From a virus: a stretch of DNA of 64,000 bases. Location: the IMG/VR virus record IMGVR_UViG_3300042397_002774, positions 1-64,000 of that record. The stretch is one strand, 5' to 3'. The number at the start of each line of letters is the position of its first letter. Positions within the stretch are counted from its first letter, which is position 1. The notes beneath the pieces are model-generated. The model saw only the letters and a program-made list of their open reading frames with translations, did not search any database and was not told the origin of the DNA. Both the position numbers and the translations under genes were made by a program. Shown here piece by piece: positions 18,850 to 26,551 of the stretch.

Positions 18850-19218
18850 TTATAGTTTGTTAAAATCTGTTATTCCTAATTCAATACCTTTAGAATCGTA
18901 TAATCCAATTCTATAAGCAGATGAAGGCAATGCTGATGTATATACTTTAAGTAAGTTATCACCTGCTTTAACCACTACGGTTTCTTTTGATACAACTCTA
19001 TTGGAGATATCAAAAATCTTAATTGTAACGGATTGTGCTGTTTCTAACTTAACATTCATAGCAACTTCAGTTGTTACAAATGCTGATTCTAGTTTAAGTC
19101 CAACTGCATTTTGGATTTGCAATTCTTTTTTAACTTCAAAAACAGGTTCAATTAAATCATCTTTATAACATCCAGATAATCCAACTGCTAGTAATACTAC
19201 TACAAGTAATTTTTTCAT
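18850..19218 (-). CDS. lipoprotein with T9SS C-terminal-domain-like Ig fold
   Basis: LSGC lipobox; VTIKIFDISNRVV...GDN...LPSSAYRIGL. Confidence 0.65.
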   Translation of the reverse strand: MKKLLVVVLLAVGLSGCYKDDLIEPVFEVKKELQIQNAVGLKLESAFVTTEVAMNVKLETAQSVTIKIFDISNRVVSKETVVVKAGDNLLKVYTSALPSSAYRIGLYDSKGIELGITDFNKL

Positions 19219-19219
19219 T

Positions 19220-19564
19220 TTAATTAATTTTAATGGTTGTTTTAGCTATTTGAGTTCTAGACCCATCTTCTAATACTAAATATAAATATTGAGACTGTAT
19301 TGAACTCGTGTAAATTTTCTTTATATTTTCGCCCGTTTTACCAGTGAATCGTTCTCTACTAACAACTTGGTCATTTTTCTTATCAATCAGGGTTAATGTA
19401 TATACTCCTGGTGATGGTAAATCAAAATGTATAAATTGTCCATCAGTTACACTACTCTCAGATACATTAAATATCTTTTGAACAGGGGGTGGTGTTGGTT
19501 CTATTTCCATTTTAGTACACCCCACTAATAAGACCACAAATATTAGTAATATCTTTTTTATCAT
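19220..19564 (-). CDS. lipoprotein with T9SS-CTD-like Ig fold (probable paralog of 18850-19218)
   Basis: LVGC lipobox; YTLTLID...QVVSRE...GENIKKIYTS. Confidence 0.6.
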   Translation of the reverse strand: MIKKILLIFVVLLVGCTKMEIEPTPPPVQKIFNVSESSVTDGQFIHFDLPSPGVYTLTLIDKKNDQVVSRERFTGKTGENIKKIYTSSIQSQYLYLVLEDGSRTQIAKTTIKIN

Positions 19565-21837
19565 TTGATTTTTACTTTTAATTGTTTACCAGCTTTATTA
19601 ACAGCATCTGTTGTTGATATTGATGTCAACCCTAATATATCAGATATATTGCTAATCGGAGTAAATACAACTCGATATTCGGTTGTTTTATCTAATATAT
19701 CTCCATTTGTTATTAATGATCCTATGTTAATCAAATTACCTTTATCAACTCCAAAGTTAGTAGGATTACCTTTTGTTATAAATTCAACTTTTTCAAACTT
19801 TAATCTAGTATTATCATAATTTAATTGAAATTGTGTACCTACTAATTCTTGTTGTAGGGGATCTACTGACAATGTAATTATAACCTTATTATTTATAATT
19901 TCACCTATAGTTGATACATTTATTTCATTTATAATAGTATTAACCATTAAACTCATACTCCTAATTGAATTGCCACTAATATTAGTAACGCTTTGTTGGG
20001 ACGAGTGTGATTGATTTACATCACCCAACCAAGTTACATTTATGTTGTAAGTATTATTCATTCCGCTTAAAGTAAATGGAATCAAATTACGAGTTGAATT
20101 GAATTGAGTTCCCCAATTGCTCGTTGTTATAGCATCATAATCTGATTTATTGTATAGCTTTATTAAATTTGTTAGAGTAGTATTTTGGGTAAGTGATTGA
20201 GTACCTGTTAAATGTTGTAATAATTTGTATGTGTCATTTTCATTAAATACACCATTACCATCAACATCAGCATTCATATATTGAATACCATTTGTTAAGC
20301 CTAATCCACTTTGATTACCAAATATACCTCCATCTGCTAATTCCTTAAATGCTAGATAAACATCTGATACACCCACAATGTTATTATATAATGTATTCAA
20401 TTCAGTTTGATTAGTATGAGATAATTCTATCCCATGTTGTTTAAACATCATATTAGGTGTGAATGTAAATTCCGCTCTTAATCCCCAGAAAAATCCAGCT
20501 CGTCTTATACTAGATGTAAATGATGAGCCTGAGAAATTAAGTTCTGTTGGTGATGAAATCCAATAAGCTGCCCATGTTCCATCATCCCATTGATATGTTA
20601 CAGGCCCATTCCATAAATCAAATAACTGTAAACTTGTAACATTACTTGCTGAGGTGCCTTGTGGAAATTCTCTCTTATCAATTAAAATTTGGTATCGTTG
20701 ATTTTGAGGTTCATAATCATACACCACACACCACTCTACTTCTCCACCTGTTGTTGTTGCTCTTACTCCCCCACCACTTACTTTTACTGTATCTAAATCA
20801 TTTGTTAAATCTACTTTACCTAATCCACTTAATGCTCTTGATGTATTTGTTGTTACACCCCATGTATTATTTACAAACGTATTTGCTTTTGATGTAAATT
20901 TTGTTTCATCAACATTACCACCAAAATCAAAATTAAATCTTGCAGTTAATACATCTCCGTTTGTATGTGTTACTGAGTTAGTGTAGAATTCAGTGAATGT
21001 TGCATCATCTGGGTTGGTCCAAGTTCCATATTCAATTACATACGGATTTGAAAAATGATTTGGTAAATCGTTCCATTGAGAACCATTCCATTTAGTTACT
21101 GCATAATCTTCGTTACCACTATTGTTTGGTTCACCGGGTGCCCAGTTATTGTATTGGCCAGGAATGTTTCCATTTAATTGACCATTATTAATTTTAATTA
21201 AAGTTCCTGCTTCAGGTCCTGCATCAATTGTCCATCTAGCTTCACTTGCTTCATCAGTTAACGCAAACCAAATATTACTTTGAGGCACATTATTAAAAAT
21301 AAATGCATCTTCATCTGCTGAAGTGATTGTTACTAAATATCCTCTTTGTCCTTTAAATGTTGTATTTAATGATGCTGATCTTGCGTTTGTATAAGTTGCT
21401 CCGGTTGTTATTGGTCTATAAAAGTGTCCGTTTACACCATTGTAATAATATCCTACTGGATTGACTGTTGCTGCCACAGATAATGCAACATTACCTCTTA
21501 CCGAACCTGTATTTACTTTTAAAGATGCTAATGCCGTATTAATACTTACCATCGTTCCAGTAACTACTAATCGAGTTTTATTACCTGTTAAAGTGAATCC
21601 ACTTGCCGCTGTTAGACCTGTTGTTGTAGTTAAATTAAATGTTGTACCAGTTGGTGGATTAACTAAACTAATTGATGCTAATAAAGTTGCAGTAGAATTA
21701 AATCCACTTAATACAAACCCACTAGCATCTTGTCCTGATGTAGATTGTGTAAAAGATTTAGAGTCCGGAGCAGATACACTCTGTCCGAACCCTAAAAATG
21801 ATATAAATAAAAATAATGTAACTAATAGATATTTCAT
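19561..21837 (-). CDS. exported C-type lectin / dockerin-like / cohesin-like protein
   Basis: signal peptide; YLVTITSADE, WAPGEPNN, WNDL (CTLD); ADVDGNGVFNEND EF-hand-like loop; C-terminal GTQFQLNYD cohesin-like domain. Confidence 0.75.
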   Translation of the reverse strand: MKYLLVTLFLFISFLGFGQSVSAPDSKSFTQSTSGQDASGFVLSGFNSTATLLASISLVNPPTGTTFNLTTTTGLTAASGFTLTGNKTRLVVTGTMVSINTALASLKVNTGSVRGNVALSVAATVNPVGYYYNGVNGHFYRPITTGATYTNARSASLNTTFKGQRGYLVTITSADEDAFIFNNVPQSNIWFALTDEASEARWTIDAGPEAGTLIKINNGQLNGNIPGQYNNWAPGEPNNSGNEDYAVTKWNGSQWNDLPNHFSNPYVIEYGTWTNPDDATFTEFYTNSVTHTNGDVLTARFNFDFGGNVDETKFTSKANTFVNNTWGVTTNTSRALSGLGKVDLTNDLDTVKVSGGGVRATTTGGEVEWCVVYDYEPQNQRYQILIDKREFPQGTSASNVTSLQLFDLWNGPVTYQWDDGTWAAYWISSPTELNFSGSSFTSSIRRAGFFWGLRAEFTFTPNMMFKQHGIELSHTNQTELNTLYNNIVGVSDVYLAFKELADGGIFGNQSGLGLTNGIQYMNADVDGNGVFNENDTYKLLQHLTGTQSLTQNTTLTNLIKLYNKSDYDAITTSNWGTQFNSTRNLIPFTLSGMNNTYNINVTWLGDVNQSHSSQQSVTNISGNSIRSMSLMVNTIINEINVSTIGEIINNKVIITLSVDPLQQELVGTQFQLNYDNTRLKFEKVEFITKGNPTNFGVDKGNLINIGSLITNGDILDKTTEYRVVFTPISNISDILGLTSISTTDAVNKAGKQLKVKIK

Positions 21838-23492
21838 TATTCTATTATTAAGTCTATTTTATTTCCTTTAGCATCTACCGCATCTGATAATACAAAATAG
21901 AATAAACCTGCAGTATTTGTTAATTGTACTTTAGGGGTGAATATTAATTTATATGGTGTACCAATTTTGATTCTTGCTGTTTTTAATTGATCAATAGAAC
22001 CAAATGTTAATCTACCATCATTATGAGTTGAAAAGTTAGTAATAGTTGAACCTGAATCAAATATGATATTGTCTAATGTTAATTTAGATTCATCATAATT
22101 CATTATTACTTGCAATCCAGCTAATTCTGCTTTAGTTAAGGTTGTTGTTAATATTACTTTACCATTTTCTAAAGTAGATGTTACACTTAATTTAGCAGTT
22201 TCTACAGCTTCAGTTCTATATGCCATCACAGGTGTTGAACTCATTGATTTTTTCAAATTCACTTCACCATTAACTGAGTTGGTATACAACCCACTACTAA
22301 TTCTACTAGCGATTACAGCAGGATCTGATGAGTGTGACCAGTTTAAATCACCACCCCAAGCAAACACGGCGTGTACTTCTTTTATTGGAGTATCAATTAT
22401 TACTTTATTTTTTGTAACACCATCTAACCAACTCTGATTTAATAAACCACTTTGCCATCTTACTGATGTTGAGGTTGATGTTGGGATCATTGCTACTGAG
22501 CTCATATTTTGTCCCATTACGTGAGCAAACAATGCATATGAATCTGATTCGTTAAATGTATTATCATTTAACGTTATATTACCTACTTTGGTTTCTAAAT
22601 TAGGGTAAGTAAAGAAATTAGGTGTTCCACCAATATCAGTTTGAGAATGTCCTAAAAATGCTTTGTATGCATCTGATACTGTTACAATATTATTCATCCA
22701 AGATTTAGTCATTGATGGTCCTACAAACACACCTAATGAATCTCCTACTTTAACTTGTGTTGTAAATAATGCTTCACCACTAGCATCCAATGGTAATTGA
22801 GCAATAGGTTGTTGTGTCCAATCAATAGTACCACTACCATCAGTTTTCAATTTCATTAATTGAACATTATGATCAGTAATAGTATATCCTTGTGGGAATA
22901 AAACTTTTACTTTGAATTGAGATGTATTACCAGTTACATTTGTTAATGATAAATTGGTAGCATTGCGAGTAATTGGTGTAATATTAGCAGATGCATTGTT
23001 AACAGCGTAAGCTAAGTCTAATTTATGAATATCATTGTAAGTATTCTGATCTTTCAATATAAATTTTTGTGTTGCAATATCTCCATCAACTGAGGTATCT
23101 GTTCTTTGAACTGTTAATTGCCCAACATTCCAATCATTATTTACGGCATATCCCCAAGGAGTTGCTTGATATTGTCCAGATAAACTAGTTTCAGCAACAT
23201 TAGCTGCAGGAGTAAATCTGTAATTATTCCAACCTGTAAAGAATGTTTGAACTGATGTACCTTGTGAGAATACGGTACTATTTGGTACCATTGCTAATGC
23301 CTTGTTATTAAATGAATATCTCAACCAAAAATAACGAGGTGTTGTTGTACCTCTAGCTATTGTGTACTTTACAGTTAAAGTATCACCAACTTCATAAGGT
23401 GGTGCTGGAGTAACTGATTGAGACACAGTAATTTGACTAAATGATGTTAACGATGTTAGGAATATTCCTAAAAATAATAATAATTTTTTCAT
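21837..23492 (-). CDS. exported cohesin-like / dockerin-like / cohesin-like protein
   Basis: signal peptide; VGDTLTVKY..LRYSFNNKAL; VSDAY, FNESDSY; GLQVIMNYDESKL. Confidence 0.7.
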   Translation of the reverse strand: MKKLLLFLGIFLTSLTSFSQITVSQSVTPAPPYEVGDTLTVKYTIARGTTTPRYFWLRYSFNNKALAMVPNSTVFSQGTSVQTFFTGWNNYRFTPAANVAETSLSGQYQATPWGYAVNNDWNVGQLTVQRTDTSVDGDIATQKFILKDQNTYNDIHKLDLAYAVNNASANITPITRNATNLSLTNVTGNTSQFKVKVLFPQGYTITDHNVQLMKLKTDGSGTIDWTQQPIAQLPLDASGEALFTTQVKVGDSLGVFVGPSMTKSWMNNIVTVSDAYKAFLGHSQTDIGGTPNFFTYPNLETKVGNITLNDNTFNESDSYALFAHVMGQNMSSVAMIPTSTSTSVRWQSGLLNQSWLDGVTKNKVIIDTPIKEVHAVFAWGGDLNWSHSSDPAVIASRISSGLYTNSVNGEVNLKKSMSSTPVMAYRTEAVETAKLSVTSTLENGKVILTTTLTKAELAGLQVIMNYDESKLTLDNIIFDSGSTITNFSTHNDGRLTFGSIDQLKTARIKIGTPYKLIFTPKVQLTNTAGLFYFVLSDAVDAKGNKIDLIIE

Positions 23493-23497
23493 GGTTT

Positions 23498-24148
23498 TTA
23501 TTTTTCAAATAATTTTGTGACTAATTTATCACAACCTTTTTTGAGAGCATTACTTAATGAAGTTTGGTTAAATTTACCACCTTCATCCACAAGTAAAGTA
23601 GACATGGAAACTTCAGATGAAGATTCTTCAACAATAATTTCTTTTTCTTTTATACCGTCTTTATATAAGATTCCTTTTAAACGAATGATGACTTCTTCTT
23701 CACCTTTATGGAAAACTGAAATATTTTTCTTAGTAGTTAATACATCTAAATAAACAATTTCGACACGTAATTTGTTTGTAGCGTCTGATGATATATTATA
23801 GCCTTTATCTTGTAAAAATTCTTCTAATACATTTTTAACACCAAATTCTAGATTGCGATTACCTGCTAATTTACCAACAACTATTTTATTAGTAACTTTT
23901 TCAACATAGATATGTTCATCTGCGTTATACCAAATATTGCCTGGGGAATTTTTAAATGATCCGTCAATTTTATGACTAATTGCATTAGACATTTGTAGAT
24001 TTTCTTCGTGTGATTTGAAAATCTCACAATATACGAAATATAATTGTACTGCTAAGGCAGTCATTACAAGGGATCCTAGCAAATATAACACACCTTGCGC
24101 TAGTATATCACGCAGATTGGTGGCCAGGGTGATGGCTTTTTGTTTCAT
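23498..24148 (-). CDS. membrane-anchored CsgG/LptE-like protein
   Basis: N-terminal TM; shares FGVKNVLEEFL and KFNQTSLSNALKK with the 16864-17580 product. Confidence 0.55.
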   Translation of the reverse strand: MKQKAITLATNLRDILAQGVLYLLGSLVMTALAVQLYFVYCEIFKSHEENLQMSNAISHKIDGSFKNSPGNIWYNADEHIYVEKVTNKIVVGKLAGNRNLEFGVKNVLEEFLQDKGYNISSDATNKLRVEIVYLDVLTTKKNISVFHKGEEEVIIRLKGILYKDGIKEKEIIVEESSSEVSMSTLLVDEGGKFNQTSLSNALKKGCDKLVTKLFEK

Positions 24149-24175
24149 CTCTTTTAATTTTTAATGGGTTCAGAC

Positions 24176-24183
24176 ATAAATAT
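24176..24183 (-). promoter_or_regulatory. ATATTTAT motif, putative phage-specific (late/middle) promoter
   Basis: same octamer in at least 8 intergenic gaps just upstream of start codons. Confidence 0.55.
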
Positions 24184-24185
24184 GC

Positions 24186-24215
24186 AAAAAAAAGGCAACC
24201 ATTTCTGGTTGCCTT
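24186..24215 (-). terminator. intrinsic terminator after tmRNA
   Basis: AAGGCAACC-AGAAAT-GGTTGCCTT plus T-tract. Confidence 0.85.
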
Positions 24216-24223
24216 AAAAATTG

Positions 24224-24614
24224 TGGAGGTGAAGGGAGTCGAACCCTTGTCCAAATGCGGATTTAATAAATCTCGTTCACAAGCTTAGTTAGTTTTTCTT
24301 AACTAACAAAATATGAAGTTTGATGTATGTGGGAATCATACTTCCAAATTACCTGGTTGTGGAATTATTTTATGAGGGCTCCACCCTAAGACCCCCTTTG
24401 TAAACACTTCTGTTCCTAGGTTATATGTGCACCGACCCGAGTTGGACTAGGCAGCTACTGCGTAATCCGCACCAACGAATGCCATAGCATCTTCGAAGGT
24501 CATTGTAGATAATTCTACGTCATTTATTGTTCGATAGGTATTTACGGATTTCCATCTAACCCGGCTTGCATCAACTATACCAACTCATCGCACCTGTCAA
24601 AACCAGGCACCCCC
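24224..24614 (-). ncRNA. ssrA: tmRNA
   Basis: 5' GGGGGTGCCTGGTTTTGACAGG; 3' T-arm GGGTTCGACTCCC and CACCTCC-A with G3:U pair; internal tag ORF ending YAVAA*. Confidence 0.92.
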
Positions 24615-24619
24615 ATGTG

Positions 24620-24943
24620 TTAAATAACTTCTGCTTTTTTCTTTCGTTTTTTGCCTTCTAATATTTTTTGAATATCAGCACACAATTCATATTCTTCTAA
24701 TTTGATCAAATCATCCATACAATTACTTAACAATTCTTTGTATTGTGATTTCTCAATATTAAATATCATCCCACTTGTGTCTTTGAATGTAATATCAAAT
24801 ATATCTATTCGATCTTTACCTCGTTTATGAGCACTGAGAACACATCTAACCATTTTAAGTATTAAATCACTATCCCTATCCCTCATCATTTGAAGGAATT
24901 GCCGATTACTTTCTAACATTAATACCCAACAGGCCATATCCAT
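24620..24943 (-). CDS. hypothetical protein with C-terminal UVR-like motif
   Basis: LIKLEEYELCADIQKIL; start moved out of the tRNA; paralog of 27564-27863. Confidence 0.65.
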   Translation of the reverse strand: MDMACWVLMLESNRQFLQMMRDRDSDLILKMVRCVLSAHKRGKDRIDIFDITFKDTSGMIFNIEKSQYKELLSNCMDDLIKLEEYELCADIQKILEGKKRKKKAEVI

Positions 24944-24951
24944 AATTATTG

Positions 24952-25035
24952 TACCAGGAGCGGGAATCGAACCCGCACTCGCGTTGGCGAACAAGATTTT
25001 AAGTCTTGCGTGTCTACCTATTCCACCACCCCGGC
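24952..25035 (-). tRNA. tRNA-Leu(TAA)
   Basis: cloverleaf, anticodon loop CTTAAAA, long variable arm. Confidence 0.92.
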
Positions 25036-25150
25036 ATGTGCAACTTTTAAAATACCCTATGAGTTGCCAACATCGCCGACCTACGATTCGGAGAGTTTCA
25101 TGTTGCCAGAGGAGTTACTCTGTCTTCGTCGTTCCACGTTCGAACGATTG

Positions 25151-25309
25151 CTGTAGGGGAAGGATTCGAACCTCCACGCGGCGATTCAACAAATGACACT
25201 TTTGCTAGCTAGCCTGTGGTCAACCCATTATCATTTGTCTATCTCGAACTCCGCACCCTCGAGACGGGAGGGCATGTCTGCCAAGCGTACGCCTTTTCAC
25301 CACCCTACA
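25151..25309 (-). ncRNA. atypical tRNA-like RNA (159 nt) with D-loop insert and 80-nt variable arm
   Basis: acceptor TGTAGGG/CCCTACA+G; T-arm GGAGG-TTCGAAT-CCTTC; anticodon arm CCCTC-CCGTCTC-GAGGG. Confidence 0.75.
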
Positions 25310-25324
25310 ATTCCAGCTTAATAA

Positions 25325-25534
25325 CTATTGTTTGAAATGTCTTTCAAGCGCGGCAATTTTATCTTCAGCATCAACTAACATTGTAAGCGCTTCTTCAGCG
25401 TTGTTGTAGAAGTCTTTTGTTGAATGATCACCAATACCAGCGGCGTGATAAGACAATAGATCCAAAGTTAATAGAGCTTTTGTTTTGTCAGCTATTGCTG
25501 AAGCCATAAGCATGTCGTATAATTCTTTTTTCAT
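25325..25534 (-). CDS. conserved phage hypothetical protein
   Basis: AAGIGDHS motif in a helical hairpin. Confidence 0.7.
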   Translation of the reverse strand: MKKELYDMLMASAIADKTKALLTLDLLSYHAAGIGDHSTKDFYNNAEEALTMLVDAEDKIAALERHFKQ

Positions 25535-25612
25535 ATGTGGTTAATTTACAATTTTCTTTTTGCCCGTCCAACATTTTTTCTAAATTTCCTTATGTCAAAT
25601 AAACGTTGCACG

Positions 25613-25686
25613 TGGGCCTGGTAGGAATCGAACCTACTACCTTCACATTATGAGTGTGCCGCTCTAACCGATTGAGCTACAGGCCC
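25613..25686 (-). tRNA. tRNA CAT (probably Ile2/lysidine; Met not excluded)
   Basis: GGGCCTG acceptor, loop CTCATAA. Confidence 0.88.
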
Positions 25687-25692
25687 TTGTTG

Positions 25693-25764
25693 AGCTCCCA
25701 CTCGGAATCGAACCAAGTTATCATGATTACAAGTCATGCGCATCGCCTGCAATGCTTTAGGAGC
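25693..25764 (-). tRNA. tRNA-Thr(TGT)
   Basis: loop CTTGTAA, cloverleaf. Confidence 0.88.
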
Positions 25765-25773
25765 ATTAATATG

Positions 25774-25858
25774 CGGAAAGACAGGGATTCGAACCCCAGA
25801 TACCTTTCAGTATGCCGGTTTTCAAGACCGGTGCATTCAACCACTCTGCCATCTTTCC
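25774..25858 (-). tRNA. tRNA-Ser(TGA)
   Basis: loop CTTGAAA, long variable arm, G73. Confidence 0.92.
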
Positions 25859-25913
25859 TGGAGTGCAGTGGGAGCTAGCTTCCCTGTGGTTACTGCACAT
25901 TTTATCCACTTTG

Positions 25914-25985
25914 TACTCAGTACGGGATTCGAACCCGTATTACATCCGTGAAAGGGATGTGACCTAACCCTTAGTCGAACTGAGC
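25914..25985 (-). tRNA. tRNA-Glu(TTC)
   Basis: loop CTTTCAC, cloverleaf. Confidence 0.92.
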
Positions 25986-25991
25986 AGCTGT

Positions 25992-26219
25992 TTATTCAGC
26001 TTCTACAGAGTCTAGTAAAATTACCTCAGCAATTTTAGCTTCAGATGCTGATTTTACTTCAAATTCACCTTCTCCTCTGCTTACTAAATATTGTACTGTT
26101 CTAGCTTCTGCTTCAGTTACTGACTGCGCATCAACTAAATAATTTACATTTTGTTTTTTTACTTTACCTCTATCGTCTTCAGTTGTAAACTGAACTTTTA
26201 CTTGGAAAAACTGTGCCAT
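25992..26219 (-). CDS. DUF4494-like protein
   Basis: YLVDAQSVTEAEAR resembles the Bacteroidota DUF4494 pattern. Confidence 0.7.
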   Translation of the reverse strand: MAQFFQVKVQFTTEDDRGKVKKQNVNYLVDAQSVTEAEARTVQYLVSRGEGEFEVKSASEAKIAEVILLDSVEAE

Positions 26220-26225
26220 GTTATT

Positions 26226-26513
26226 TTATTTTTTTGTGTATACTGAATAATCGTAAATGTGTGCTCTATATTTGAATAGTGCTTTTTGAAATTTAGTGCG
26301 GTTTCTATAATCTTCTAATGACTCACTTTCTCTACGAGCAGGACCAATTCCTGAGTAATAATCAATCATGTTATTGTTTAATTTTACTTCATTAGCAAAG
26401 AACATCATTTTAGCCATATTTCTAGAGCCAAATGGTTGATAGCCAACTTTGTACATTTGATTTACTTCTTCTGGTAATTCAAAACCAGCGTATTGGTTGT
26501 GTAATCCTTCCAT
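26226..26513 (-). CDS. hypothetical protein
   Basis: ORF with -7 box at 26535-26544. Confidence 0.65.
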   Translation of the reverse strand: MEGLHNQYAGFELPEEVNQMYKVGYQPFGSRNMAKMMFFANEVKLNNNMIDYYSGIGPARRESESLEDYRNRTKFQKALFKYRAHIYDYSVYTKK

Positions 26514-26551
26514 ATTTTATAACTTTATTTAATGTGAATATACGACGGGCA

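Noticed and set aside
15464-24148. Classical curli operon
   Set aside because: No CsgA/CsgB curlin repeats or clear CsgE/CsgF are visible; only CsgG-like folds.
25036-25150. Theta/HDV-like ribozyme in a tRNA trailer
   Set aside because: I could not fit the P1-P2-P3-P1.1 topology or the L3 consensus; kept only as a generic structured spacer.
25151-25309. Ordinary tRNA-Asp(GTC) or group I intron-containing tRNA
   Set aside because: C33 and pyrimidine 37, a class-II D arm, and an insert in the variable arm far too short for a group I intron.
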